A stretch of DNA of 55,506 nt from Acidobacteriota bacterium (GCA_017860005.1 JAFNAE010000002.1:1-55506), one strand, 5' to 3'. Numbered from the stretch's first letter, positions 27,035 to 38,308 are shown. The notes: a model not told the origin generated them from the letters alone. Numbers and translations are program-made.

Positions 27035-27703
27035 CTACGCGCCGGCGTCGGCCGCCCGCGGCAGGTCGTCGCGACCCGGGCCGGCGCGCGCGGCGAGGAA
27101 GGTGCGCGCGAGCGCCGCGTGCGTGGGCGCGTAGGCGACGCCGGCGAGCGCCACCCAGGTCAGGGCGAGGTGGAGCGCGGGCGGCGCGAAGGCGATCCCG
27201 AACAGCGGGTCCCGAAACGCGAAGTTGACGTTCTCCTCGGGCGCGGTGAGCAGGCGGCTCACCACCAGTGCCACGGCCGCCACCGCCGCCTGGAGTCCCC
27301 ACCCCCGGCGGTCGTAACCGAGCCGGCGCACGCAGGCCAGTGTGAGCAGCGGCCAGACCAGGTGGTAGAGCGAGAGCAGGCGCGTGAAGAGCGGGTACTG
27401 CGGGTCCCACATGTACTCGGTGCCGCCGTACAGGTGGGCGCCGGTGGCGACCCGCCAGCCGGCGTCGAGCGCCCATGCCAGGCCGATCACCGGCGCGGCG
27501 ACCGCCTGGCTGGAGAGCAGGAGCCGGTCGCCCGCGAGCACGCCGGCGGCGGTGATGCCGACGCCGAGGTTGCACAGGAAGAGGAAGTTGGACACGCCGT
27601 AGGCCAGCGCGTAGGAAGGCAGGTAGACCGCCAGCCAGGCGAGGGCGAGGAAGCGGAGGCGCGGCCAGGGGTGCCGGTTCGGGGGCGCGGGCAAGGGCGC
27701 CAT
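27035..27703 (-). CDS. Integral membrane protein, unknown function (222 aa)
   Basis: ATG at 27703. It has 5-6 predicted TM helices (LALAWLAVYLPSYALAY, LLSLYHLVWPLLTLACV). It is first in the minus-strand string leading into the GT genes. Confidence 0.55.
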   Translation of the reverse strand: MAPLPAPPNRHPWPRLRFLALAWLAVYLPSYALAYGVSNFLFLCNLGVGITAAGVLAGDRLLLSSQAVAAPVIGLAWALDAGWRVATGAHLYGGTEYMWDPQYPLFTRLLSLYHLVWPLLTLACVRRLGYDRRGWGLQAAVAAVALVVSRLLTAPEENVNFAFRDPLFGIAFAPPALHLALTWVALAGVAYAPTHAALARTFLAARAGPGRDDLPRAADAGA

Positions 27704-27766
27704 CCTAGGACGGACGCCGGGGATGCGGTAGCTTGGCGGTCGCGTCCCGGCGCGCGAGGAGACCCG

Positions 27767-29002
27767 ATGTCCGCCCTGCCTCCGTTGCTCATGATCCCCG
27801 GCCCGGTCGAGATCTCGCCCGCGGTCGCCGCCGCCGCCGCGCGGCCGCCGCGCGGGCATCTCGATCCCGTCTTCATCGAGTCCTTCGGCGCGGCGCTCGG
27901 CGACCTGCGCTCGGTCTGGCTGGCGGCCCCCGGCTCCCAGTCCTTCGCGGTACCGGGCGGCGGCACCCTCGCCATGGAGGCGGCGGCGACCAACCTCGTC
28001 GCCGCGGGGGAACGCGCGCTGGTGATCTCGACCGGCGTGTTCGGCGACCGCATGGCCGAGATGCTGCGCCGGCGCGGCGCCGAAGTCGAGGTGCTCGCCG
28101 CGCCACCCGGTGCGGCGCCCACGGCCGCGGACGCCGAGGCCGCGCTGGCGCGAGCGGTCGCGCGCGAGCGCCCTTTCAAGGCCCTCTTCGCCACCCATGT
28201 CGACACCTCGACCGGCGTGCGCATCGCCCCGGCGGGGTTCGCCCGCGCGGCGCGCCGGCACGGCGCGCTGTCCGCGTTCGACGGCGTCTGCGCCACCGCC
28301 GGCGAGCGCTTCGAGATGGCGGAGTGGGAGGCCGACCTCTACTTCACCGCCGCCCAGAAGGCGCTCGGGCTGCCGCCCGGGCTCGCCCTCTGGGTCGCCG
28401 GAGAGCGCGCGCTCGAGGCCCGCCGGGCGCTCCCGGCGCCACCCCCGCTCAGCCTCGACTGGGAGGCCTGGCGGCCGGTGATGGAGGCCTACGAGGCGCG
28501 ACGCCCCGCCTATTTCTCGACCCCCGCCACGACCCTGGTCGCCGCGCTCGCGGTCGGCCTGGCCGAGCTGCTCGCCGAAGCTCCGGCCGCGGCCGAGGCG
28601 ATGGCGCGCGTCTGGAGCCGGCACGAGCGGGCGGCGCGCTCCCTGCGCGCCGCGTTCCGGGCGCTCGGGCTCGCGCCGGTTCCCGTGAGTCCGGAGCTCG
28701 AGGCGAGCACGCTCTCGGCCTTGCGCTTCCCGGCTGGCCGTGGCGGTGAGCTGGTGGCGGCGATCGGCGCACGCGGCGTGGCGGTGGCGGGGGGACTCCA
28801 CCCGGCGCTGGCCGGGACCTACTTCCGGGTCGGGCACATGGGGTCCGTCACGCGCCGGCCGGAGGCGCTGGCGCGCACCATCGCGGCGATCGCGGGCGCG
28901 CTCGCCGGCGACGGCTCGAGCGCGGCCCGGGAGGCCGCCGAGGCGTTCGAGCGCTCCTGGACGGAGTCGGCTCCCGCCGCGGCCGCCGGCAGCGCGCGCT
29001 GA
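27767..29002 (+). CDS. Class V PLP aminotransferase (serine-pyruvate/alanine-glyoxylate type; 411 aa)
   Basis: ATG at 27767 with GAGGAG upstream. LMIPGPVEISPAV, THVDTSTG and a FTAAQKALGLPPG segment (PLP lysine). The 5' 718 codons of track ORF 25613..29002 are antisense shadow of the GT1 gene. Confidence 0.85.
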   Translation: MSALPPLLMIPGPVEISPAVAAAAARPPRGHLDPVFIESFGAALGDLRSVWLAAPGSQSFAVPGGGTLAMEAAATNLVAAGERALVISTGVFGDRMAEMLRRRGAEVEVLAAPPGAAPTAADAEAALARAVARERPFKALFATHVDTSTGVRIAPAGFARAARRHGALSAFDGVCATAGERFEMAEWEADLYFTAAQKALGLPPGLALWVAGERALEARRALPAPPPLSLDWEAWRPVMEAYEARRPAYFSTPATTLVAALAVGLAELLAEAPAAAEAMARVWSRHERAARSLRAAFRALGLAPVPVSPELEASTLSALRFPAGRGGELVAAIGARGVAVAGGLHPALAGTYFRVGHMGSVTRRPEALARTIAAIAGALAGDGSSAAREAAEAFERSWTESAPAAAAGSAR

Positions 29003-29014
29003 GGCGGGCTCAGC
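28998..29014. terminator. Small hairpin (GCTGAG-GCGGG-CTCAGC) spanning the aminotransferase stop codon
   Basis: 6-bp stem read directly. There is no U-tract. It lies between convergent genes. Confidence 0.25.
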
Positions 29015-29038
29015 TCTCGAGGCGGGTTCAGCTCTCGA
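29003..29038. repeat. 18-bp tandem direct repeat (GGCGGGYTCAGCTCTCGA x2)
   Basis: Copies at 29003-29020 and 29021-29038 differ at one base. On the minus strand each copy carries GAGAGCTGA, and the second copy supplies the stop of the small ORF. Confidence 0.85.
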
Positions 29039-29225
29039 CGGTCGGCGCGACGCCGGCCGGCGCCGCCTCGTCCGCCGGCCCAGCTTCCGGCGCGGGCTGC
29101 GACTGCGAGGACTCCTCCGGCGCGGTCTCCTTGCGCTCCAGCCGGCGCTGCTTCTTCTCCTCGCGCTTCTGCTTCTTCGCCAGCTCGCGCTGCCGCTTGT
29201 TGAAGGAGTAGTTGGTTCGCGCCAT
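29028..29225 (-). CDS. Small highly basic protein (65 aa, MARTNYSFNKRQRELAKKQKREEKKQRRLERK...)
   Basis: ATG at 29225 with GAGGG upstream. The N-terminal half is Lys/Arg-rich and helical, and the tail is acidic and Pro-rich. It lies 108 nt downstream of prfB on the same strand. Confidence 0.5.
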   Translation of the reverse strand: MARTNYSFNKRQRELAKKQKREEKKQRRLERKETAPEESSQSQPAPEAGPADEAAPAGVAPTVES

Positions 29226-29339
29226 TCTCACCCTCGCTTCCGCTGCTCGGTCGGTCGATCTCGAGGCTCGCCCCGGCTGGTCCTCGCGCCGTGGGTGCGC
29301 CCCCGCTCAAACGCTGAAAATATCACGACCTCCCCGGGC

Positions 29340-30462
29340 TCAGACCGTCTCGCCGCGCTCCTCGGGGCTCGCGATCTTGCCCTTGAGCCAGGCCTCGAGG
29401 AAGGGGTCGAGGGCGCCGTCGAGCACCGAGTCGGCGTCGCCCACGGTCTCGCCGGTGCGGTGGTCCTTGACCATCCGGTAGGGCTGCAGCACGTAGCTGC
29501 GGATCTGGCTGCCCCAGGCGATCTCCATCTTGGCGCCCTCGCGCTTGTCCTGTTCCTCGCGGCGCCTGCGCAGCTCGAGGTCGTAGAGCCGCGCCTTGAG
29601 GATCTTCATCGCGGTGGCGCGGTTCTTGTGCTGGCTGCGCTCGTTCTGACACTGCACGACGATGCCGCTCGGCAGGTGCGTGATGCGGACCGCCGACTCG
29701 GTCCGGTTGACGTGCTGCCCGCCCGCGCCCGAGGCGCGGAAGACGTCGATCTTCAGGTCCTTGTCGTCGATCGCGATCTGGATCGAGTCGTCCACCTCGG
29801 GCAGCACGTCCACCGAGGCGAACGAGGTGTGGCGACGTGCCTGGGAGTCGAACGGGCTGATGCGCACCAGCCGGTGGACGCCCGCCTCGCCGTTCAGGAG
29901 GCCGTAGGCGTAAGGTCCGCGCACCGCGAACGTGGCGCTCTTGATGCCCGCCTCCTCGCCGTCCTGCCGATCCGCGAGCTCGATCTCGAAGCCCTTCTTC
30001 TCGGCCCAGCGCACGTACATGCGCAGCAGCATCTCGGCCCAGTCCTGGGACTCGGTGCCGCCGGCGCCCGAGTTGATCGCGACGATGGCGTTCTTGTCGT
30101 CGTCCGGCCCGGCGAGCTTGAGCTGGAGGTCGAGCCTGGCGAGATCGCGCTCGAGGCGCGCGGCGAAGGCGATCGCGTCGGAGTCGGCCTCCCCCTCGCC
30201 GCCCAGCAGCTCCCTCCAGGCCGTCAGCTCGTCGGCGTCGGCGCGCAGCCGGTTCAGGGTCTCGACGCGGCGCTCGACCTCGCGCCGCTTGCGCATCAGC
30301 TCGGCGGATTCGGCGGGACGATCCCAGAAGCCCGGCATTTCGGTCTGCCGGTCGATGTCGCGCAGCTCTTCCTCGGCGCCGGAGCCTTCAAAGATACCCC
30401 CGGATCACGGCCAGCTTCTCGGCGAGCTCGATCAAGCGTTGCTGGGCGTCGACGACGAGCAT
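29340..30462 (-). CDS. prfB: Peptide chain release factor 2, expressed via programmed +1 frameshift (24 + 349 codons)
   Basis: Frame 0 runs from the ATG at 30462 (MLVVDAQQRLIELAEKLAVIRGYL) to an in-frame TGA at 30390-30388. The +1 frame continues as EGSGAEEELRDIDRQTEMPGFWDRP and includes SPF and GGQHVN motifs, ending at the stop at 29340. Confidence 0.9.
30387..30402 (-). promoter_or_regulatory. prfB +1 frameshift site: CGG GGG TAT CTT TGA A
   Basis: An SD-like GGGGG lies 3 nt before the slippery CTT, followed by TGA. This matches the classical RF2 autoregulatory site, except that the base after TGA is A rather than C. Confidence 0.85.
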
Positions 30463-30624
30463 GCGGGAGTCCTTTCCAGTCCCCTGGGCGCGGCCGGCGC
30501 TGCGGGGCGGAGAGGATAGCAAAGGTACGCCTCTGTTACACTTTCGCTTCCGACCCACGCCGCGACGCCGCTGCCGATCCGCCCGGAAGCGCGCGCCGCG
30601 GCCGCGTCGGCTTCCGGAGGTCGC

Positions 30625-30855
30625 ATGACGCCAGGCCCGGCCCACCGCTCCACCGCTGCGTTCCTGTTCCTGCTCGCGCTGTTCGCGGGTGCGGCCCCGG
30701 CGCTTGCCTACCTCGACCCCGCCGCCGGATCGCTGATCCTGCAGGTGCTGCTCGGCGGCATCGCCGGGCTCGCGCTCTTCCTCAAGCTCTTCTGGCGCCG
30801 GCTGCTCGGATGGCTCGGCCTCGATCGCAAGAAGCCGGATGCCGATCCGAGCTGA
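30625..30855 (+). CDS. Small membrane protein (76 aa) with signal peptide and a YLDPAAGSLILQ motif
   Basis: ATG at 30625 with GGAGG 4 nt upstream. Two hydrophobic segments and high GC3. Its 3' end overlaps the next gene by 17 nt. Confidence 0.6.
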   Translation: MTPGPAHRSTAAFLFLLALFAGAAPALAYLDPAAGSLILQVLLGGIAGLALFLKLFWRRLLGWLGLDRKKPDADPS

Positions 30856-32236
30856 GCCGGGCTCCTACCGGGACCGCGAAGGGCGGGTCTTCTACCGCGA
30901 CGACAGGGTCTACCGAACGCTCTCGGCGGTCGCGCTCGCCCACTGGGAGGCGCTCGCGGGATCCCGTTTCTTCCAGCGCGCGATGGCGGACGGCCGCGTC
31001 GTGGGCACGCAGCGCGTCGAGCTGCCGGCCGACGCCCCCCCGGCCGGTGCCCAACCCTGGGTGGCGGCGCTCGAGCACGAGCGCATCCCGTTCGTCTCCT
31101 ATCCCTACGAGTGGAGCTTCGGCATGCTGCGCGACGCCGCGCTGCTGCAGCTCGGCCTGCTGCGCGAGGCGCTGGAGGAGGGCTTCGTCCTCAAGGACTC
31201 CTCCGCCTACAACCTGCAGTGGATCGGCACGCGCCCGGTGTTCATCGACGTGCCGTCGTTCGAGCGCCTGGCGCCCGGCGAGCCCTGGGTCGGCTACCTG
31301 CAGTTCTGCCAGCTCTTCCTCTATCCGCTCCTGCTCACCTCCCACCGCGACGTGCCGTTCCAGCCGCTGCTGCGCGGCGCGCTGGACGGCGTGACGCCAG
31401 AGGTCGCCGCGCGGCTGCTCTCCGGCTCCGACCGCTTCCGGCGCGGCGTCTTCACCCACGTCTACCTGCAGGCCCGGCTCCAGGCGATGACCGCCGGCGC
31501 GAGCCGGAGCGTCAAGCGCGAGCTCTCCGAGTCCGGCTTCCAGCGCGAGCTGATCCTCGCCAACGTGCGCCGGCTCGAGCGGCTGGTCGAGTCGCTCTCC
31601 TGGCGGAGGACTTCCTCCACCTGGGTCTCCTATCGCGAGAGCCACGGCTACTCCGACGAGGACCACCAGGCCAAGCGGCGCTTCGTCGCGGCCGCCGCGG
31701 CCGCCGCGCCGCGCCGCCTGGTCTGGGACCTGGGCGCCAACACCGGAGACTTCTCGCGCCTCTGCCGCGAGCACGCCGAGTACGTCGTGGCGCTCGACGC
31801 CGACGCGCTCACCGTCGAGCGCCTCTACGGCGAGCTGCGCACGGAGGGCGACCGCAAGATCCTGCCTCTGGTCGGCAACCTGGTCGACCCGTCGCCCGGC
31901 CTCGGCTGGCGCGGCACCGAACGGCGCGCGCTGCCCGAGCGCGGCCGCCCGGACCTCGTGCTCGCGCTGGCGCTCCTCCACCACCTGGTGATCGCCGCCA
32001 ACGTGCCGCTCGACGAGGTCGTGGACTGGCTCGCCTCGGTGGGCGGCGACCTGGTGATCGAGTTCGTTTCGAAGCAGGATCCGATGGTGGCGAGGCTGCT
32101 GCTCAACAAGGAAGACCGCTACGCCGACTACGACCTGGCCCGGCTCGAGTCCGCGCTCGCGCGCCACTACGCGATCGAGCGGCGTCTCGACCTCGGCTCC
32201 GGCACGCGCACCCTGCTCCACGCGCGTCGGGCCTGA
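30839..32236 (+). CDS. Two-domain protein: kinase-fold-like N-domain plus class I SAM-dependent methyltransferase (465 aa)
   Basis: The N-half has YPYEWSF and FVLKDSSAYNLQW ... PVFIDVPSFE, which resembles a protein-kinase/APH-type catalytic and metal loop. The C-half has VWDLGANTGDFS (SAM motif I) and LVLALALLHHL. Confidence 0.75.
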   Translation: MPIRAEPGSYRDREGRVFYRDDRVYRTLSAVALAHWEALAGSRFFQRAMADGRVVGTQRVELPADAPPAGAQPWVAALEHERIPFVSYPYEWSFGMLRDAALLQLGLLREALEEGFVLKDSSAYNLQWIGTRPVFIDVPSFERLAPGEPWVGYLQFCQLFLYPLLLTSHRDVPFQPLLRGALDGVTPEVAARLLSGSDRFRRGVFTHVYLQARLQAMTAGASRSVKRELSESGFQRELILANVRRLERLVESLSWRRTSSTWVSYRESHGYSDEDHQAKRRFVAAAAAAAPRRLVWDLGANTGDFSRLCREHAEYVVALDADALTVERLYGELRTEGDRKILPLVGNLVDPSPGLGWRGTERRALPERGRPDLVLALALLHHLVIAANVPLDEVVDWLASVGGDLVIEFVSKQDPMVARLLLNKEDRYADYDLARLESALARHYAIERRLDLGSGTRTLLHARRA

Positions 32237-32259
32237 GGCGGGTGCGCGGCGGGAGCCCG

Positions 32260-35156
32260 ATGTCCGGCGTCGATCCGAACTCTCCAGCCGCGAAGGCGGC
32301 CGGTCCGCCCGGCGGCGGGGAGCGACACGGCTCGATCCTCCACCTGCTCGCCCTCTCCGGGCTCGCGCTGGCCCAGCCCCTGCTCGACCTGCTCGCGCGC
32401 CAGCCCGAGTTCCTCGCCATCCGCCGCTTCGCGCCCTGGCAGATCGTCGCGCTCGCGGCGATCCTCGTGCTCGTCGTGCCGCTCCCGCTGCTGGCCGTCG
32501 CGACGGCGGCCCGGGCGCAGCCCCGGCTGGGTCGCGCGGTCCACCTCACGCTCGTCGGCGGCCTCTCCGCCCTGCTCGCCCTCCTCGCGCTCCGCCGCAC
32601 GCCGCTCGACGGCGGCTGGTGGCTCGCGGCGGGCCTCGCGGCCGGCCTCGCGGCCGCCTTCGCCTATCGCGGCCTCGGGTGGTTGCGTCAGTTCGTCGGG
32701 CTCTGCAGCCTGGGACTGATCCTTTTTCCTCTGGCATTCCTGTGGGCGCCGGGAGTGCGTCGCCAGCTGATCGTCGATTCGAACGCCGCGGCCGTGCCGG
32801 CTTCCGGAGCGAGAACGCCGATCGTCCTGCTGGTCGCGGACGAGCTCACCTCGACCGACCTGCTCGACGAGTCCGGGCGGCTCGACGCCCGCGCCTTCCC
32901 GAATCTGGCGCAGCTCGCCGCCGGAGCGACCTGGTTCTCCCGCGCCCTTACCGTCTCCGACCTCACCGAGGTCGCCGTGCCGGCGATGCTCACCGGGCGG
33001 TTCCCGCGCTCCGGATCTTTGCCCACCGCCCGCGATCACCCGCAGAACCTCTTCTCGGCCCTGCCCGACTACCGGATCTGGGCGAACGAGCCCATCACTC
33101 GACTGGCGCAGCGCGGCTCACCCGCTCGCCTCACCGTCGAGGATCTGGGTCCGCTCGCGAGCGACCTGTTCGTCGTCTACCGGCATCTCCTGCTGCCCCC
33201 GGCCTGGCGTACGGGCCTGCCCACCCTCTCGGGCCGCTGGGCCGGTTTCGACAGTGGGGGCGCGGCCGAGCTCTCCGTCGATGCGCGCAACGCCGAAGCG
33301 CTGGAAGCGCTCCGCAGCGATCGCGCAGCGCAGTTCGACCGTCTGCTCGAGTCTCTGGATCCCGCGCGCGACCAGGCGCTCTACTTCTGGCACGTGCTCC
33401 TGCCCCACACGCCCTGGGAGTTCCTGCCCTCCGGCCGGCGCTACCTGCCGCCGCGCAACCGGGTGCGCGGCCTGCTCGACAACGAGATCTGGGACGAGCG
33501 GGAGTCCTACGCGCTCGAGGCCTACCAGCGCTATCTGCTCCAGGCCCAGTATCTCGACCGCCGCGTCGGCGATCTCGTGCACCAACTCGAGGAGACGGGG
33601 CTCTACGACCGCTCTCTCGTCGTCTTCGTCGCCGACCACGGCACGAGCTTCCGGGCCGGGGACTCGCGCCGCATGCTGACCGGTACCAACGACCCCGACA
33701 TCCTGCCCGTGCCGCTGATCGTGAAGCGCCCGGGACAGAGGCGCGGCGAAGTCGTCACCCGTCGCGTGTCCACCCTCGACGTGCTGCCGACCATCCTCGA
33801 CGAGATCGGCGCACGTCCGCCGTGGAACCTCGATCGGCGCTCGCTGTTCGCCTCCGAGCCGGACCCGGCGCCGGATCTCGTGGCGAGCGCCCGCCGGGGC
33901 CGCTACGCGGTGCGGCCCGATCTCGACCGGCTGGTCGAGGAGCGGCTGCGCCTCAAGCACGAGCGCGTCGCGACCGAGGGCGGGCCGCCGGCCCGGATCG
34001 TCCTGCGGCAGCCGCCCTCGTCGCCGGTCGGCCGACTCCTCTCTGCGCTGGCGGTGGCCCCGGACGTCGCCGGCACCGTCCGCCTCGACGCACAGGCCCT
34101 GCCCCCGGAGACCGACGCCACGAGCCTCTTCGCGCCGGCGTGGATCTCCGGCACCATCCGGCCGGCGCGCGCCGGGGCGGGCTGCTGCGACGTCGCGGTC
34201 GCTCTCGACGGGAAGGTGGTCGCGACCACCCACGCCGACGTCGCGGCAGGCGAGAACCGCTTCGGGGTGCTCGTGCCGGAGTCGGACCTGGGCCCCGGAT
34301 CGCGCACGGTCGAGATCTTCGAACTCCGGCCAGGATCGCCGTTGCAGATGGTCCGCTTCGCCGACGAGGAAAGCACGATGGCGCTCGCCGAGCTGGTCGT
34401 CGGCGAGCGCGGCCGGACCGTGGCGGTGCGCCGAGGGGAGGCCGAGACGCCGGTCCGCCCCGGTGCGGTCGCCGGATTCTTCGACCTGCGGCGCAACGGC
34501 GCCCTGATGCTCGTGACCGGCTGGGCCTACGATCTCGAGCACAAGGCGCCGCCGCGCGAGGTGCTCGTCTTCCATCGCGGGCGGCTGGTGGCCAACGGCG
34601 TCACGGAGGGGGTCCGCGAAGACGTCAACGCGGTGCTCGGACTGACCGGCTCCGCCGTGCCGACCGCCTTCGAGATCCCGATCGCGGCGAGTCGGCTCCC
34701 GGAGATCGAGCGCACCGGCCTCCAGGTGATCGGCGTGGGCGGCGGCCAGGCGGCGTCCGAGCTCGGGTTCCTGCGCTACTTGCGCTCAGGGAGCGACGGC
34801 AGGCCGGCCGCCGTCGAGTTCAGCGACGGACGTCTCTTCCCGGTCGCCTCCGACGCGATCGACGGCCAGCTCCTCGGCTGGCGCGAGCAAGCGGACGGCA
34901 TCGAGGTCCAGGGCTGGGCGTGGCACCACCGCCTCGGCGCGGGCCCCGTGAGCGTCTTGGTCTTCGACGGCGAGCGCTCGATCTTCGACAGCGCAGCGTT
35001 CGAGCGCGCGCCGACGCTGGCCCGGCGCGTGGGCGCCCCGGCCTCGGCGCGGCTCCACTTCCGCTTCCGGATCGGCCGTAAACCGGGCGCCTCCGCCCCG
35101 GGCCGACCGACCGTCGCCGTGCTCGGCCCCGACGGCCGGGCCCGGATCCTCGAGCC

Positions 35157-35160
<4 letters not shown>
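32260..35160 (+). CDS. Membrane-anchored alkaline-phosphatase-superfamily (LtaS/EptA/sulfatase-like) transferase with three C-terminal beta-rich modules (966 aa)
   Basis: ATG at 32260. About 5 N-terminal TM helices. PIVLLVADELTSTDLL, LTEVAVPAMLTGRFP (Thr-type nucleophile context rather than CxPxR), HVLLPHTPWEF and VVFVADHGTSF. The C-terminal ~400 aa contain recurring TGWAYD ... VLVFHRG / VQGWAWH ... VLVFDGE modules. Confidence 0.8.
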
Positions 35161-36686
<1,526 letters not shown>

Positions 36687-36735
36687 CCGCCGGGGCTCCC
36701 GTGCGGCCGGGCCGGTCGAGGCGCGGGGCCGCCGG

Positions 36736-37524
36736 TCAAGGCGAGTCGGTGACCCAGGTGTCGAGCTTCTGTTCGCGGCGCAGCCGGGTTGCGGCGGCGT
36801 CCGCCTTGGCGCGCGTCGGGTAGGGCCCCACGCGCACCCGCCACGCGGTCTGGCCGTCCTTGGCGACCTCCGCGACCACGACCTGGAAGCGCGCCTTGCG
36901 CAGCTGGTCGGCGATCTCCCGCGCGCGCGCGCCGTTGGTCGAGGAGTAGACCTGGATCCAGGTCGATCCCGCCGCGGCCGGCGCCGGTGCGGCGGGCTTG
37001 GCGGCCGGGGCCGGGGCGGGCACCGCCGGGGCCGCAGGGGTCGCTGCCGCGTCGACAGTGCGCGCAGTGGCCGGCGGCGCCGGCTCGCCCGCCTTGCGCA
37101 CCCGCTCGCCGGCCGCGAGCGGCGGCGCCACGGGAGCCGTCGCAGCCTCGGGACCGACCTCGCGGTGTGCCTCCATCTCCGCCTCGAGCGTCTTGCGCAT
37201 GGTTTCGGTGGCCGGATCCTCGGCGGCCTTCACGGCCGGCGCGGCCGGCTTCGGAGCCGGTGCCTCCGCCCTGGCCGGACCGCGCGCCCCCGGCTCCTTG
37301 CCCGAGAAGAAGGTCAGCTGCTCGATCGGCGGCGCCGCGGGCGCCGCGGCGGGCGCGGGCGCCGCGGCGACGCGCGACGCGGGCGCCGCCTCGCGTCCCA
37401 CCCAGACCCCCGAGAGGAAGGCGGCGAGCAGGCAGGTCAGCAGCACCACGAAGGCCACCAGCACCTGCCGGTGGGTCAGCGCCACCTCGTAGTAGCTCGG
37501 CTCGCGCGGCTCGGTCGATTCCAC
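36736..37524 (-). CDS. SPOR-domain membrane protein (262 aa)
   Basis: GTG start with GAGGAG 7 nt upstream. A single TM helix, an Ala/Pro-rich linker, and a C-terminal SPOR fold (WIQVYSSTNGARAREIADQLRKARF ... WRVRVGPY). Confidence 0.8.
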   Translation of the reverse strand: MESTEPREPSYYEVALTHRQVLVAFVVLLTCLLAAFLSGVWVGREAAPASRVAAAPAPAAAPAAPPIEQLTFFSGKEPGARGPARAEAPAPKPAAPAVKAAEDPATETMRKTLEAEMEAHREVGPEAATAPVAPPLAAGERVRKAGEPAPPATARTVDAAATPAAPAVPAPAPAAKPAAPAPAAAGSTWIQVYSSTNGARAREIADQLRKARFQVVVAEVAKDGQTAWRVRVGPYPTRAKADAAATRLRREQKLDTWVTDSP

Positions 37525-37546
37525 TCGGTTCTCCTCGGTTCGTTCT

Positions 37547-38308
37547 TCAGCCCTGCGTCGGCTTCATGAGAAAGGCCTTCATCAGCTCGATCGGCAGCGG
37601 GAAGATGATGGTCGAGTTCTTCTCGGTGGCGATCTCGGTCAGCGTCTGCAGGTAGCGCAGCTGGAGCGTGACCGGGTTCTCCGAGATGACCAGGGCCGCC
37701 TCGCCGAGCGCCTTCGAGGCCTCCAGCTCGCCCTGCGCGTGAATGATCTTCGCACGCTTCTCGCGCTCCGCCTCGGCCTGGCGCGCCATGGCGCGCTGCA
37801 TCTCCTGGGGCAGGTCGACGTGCTTGACCTCGACCATCGAGACCTTGATGCCCCACGGGTCGGTGTGCTTGTCGATGATCTCCTGCAGCCTCTCGTTGAG
37901 CTTGTCGCGCGCCGAGAGCAGCTCGTCGAGGTCGGCCTGGCCGAGCACCGAGCGCAGTGTGGTCTGCGACAGCTGGCTGGTGGCGTAGAGGTAGTTCTCC
38001 ACCGAGTTGAAGGCGCGATTCGGGTCGACAACGCGGAAGTAGACGACCGCGTTCACCTTGACGGAGACGTTGTCGCGCGTGATCACGTCCTGCGGCGGAA
38101 CGTCGAGCACGACCGTCCGCATCGTGATCCGGATCGCCTTGTCGATGGGCCAGAAGATCAGGAAGAAGCCGGGTCCCTTGGGAGTCGGCAGGAGTCGGCC
38201 GAGCCGGTAGATGACGGCCTTCTCGTACTCGTTGTAGACGTTGATCCACTTGAACAGGAGAATCAGGACGAGCGGCAGGAGGATCGGCAGGACGGACTTC
38301 CACATCAT
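37547..38308 (-). CDS. SPFH/Band 7 stomatin-like protein (253 aa)
   Basis: N-terminal TM helix, and the segment [14 protein letters not shown] ... [19 protein letters not shown] ... [19 protein letters not shown]. Confidence 0.9.
   Translation of the reverse strand: MMWKSVLPILLPLVLILLFKWINVYNEYEKAVIYRLGRLLPTPKGPGFFLIFWPIDKAIRITMRTVVLDVPPQDVITRDNVSVKVNAVVYFRVVDPNRAFNSVENYLYATSQLSQTTLRSVLGQADLDELLSARDKLNERLQEIIDKHTDPWGIKVSMVEVKHVDLPQEMQRAMARQAEAEREKRAKIIHAQGELEASKALGEAALVISENPVTLQLRYLQTLTEIATEKNSTIIFPLPIELMKAFLMKPTQG

Noticed and set aside
23715-27766. Long plus-strand ORFs 23715..25616 and the first 718 codons of 25613..29002, plus the upstream 700 codons of minus-strand ORF 23775..27575.
   Set aside because: These run antisense or off-frame to the NUDIX, membrane-protein and GT1 genes. 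Their composition is dominated by R/A/G/P. The genuine aminotransferase begins at the ATG at 27767 with a GAGGAG RBS.
29340-30462. prfB as a pseudogene, on the basis of its in-frame TGA at 30388-30390.
   Set aside because: The stop sits in the canonical RF2 frameshift cassette (GGGGG-TAT-CTT-TGA). The +1 frame encodes a complete RF2 with SPF and GGQ motifs.
28740-31394. An 884-aa plus-strand ORF spanning the prfB locus.
   Set aside because: It is antisense to prfB and to the small basic ORF, out of frame with the downstream methyltransferase, and has no motifs.
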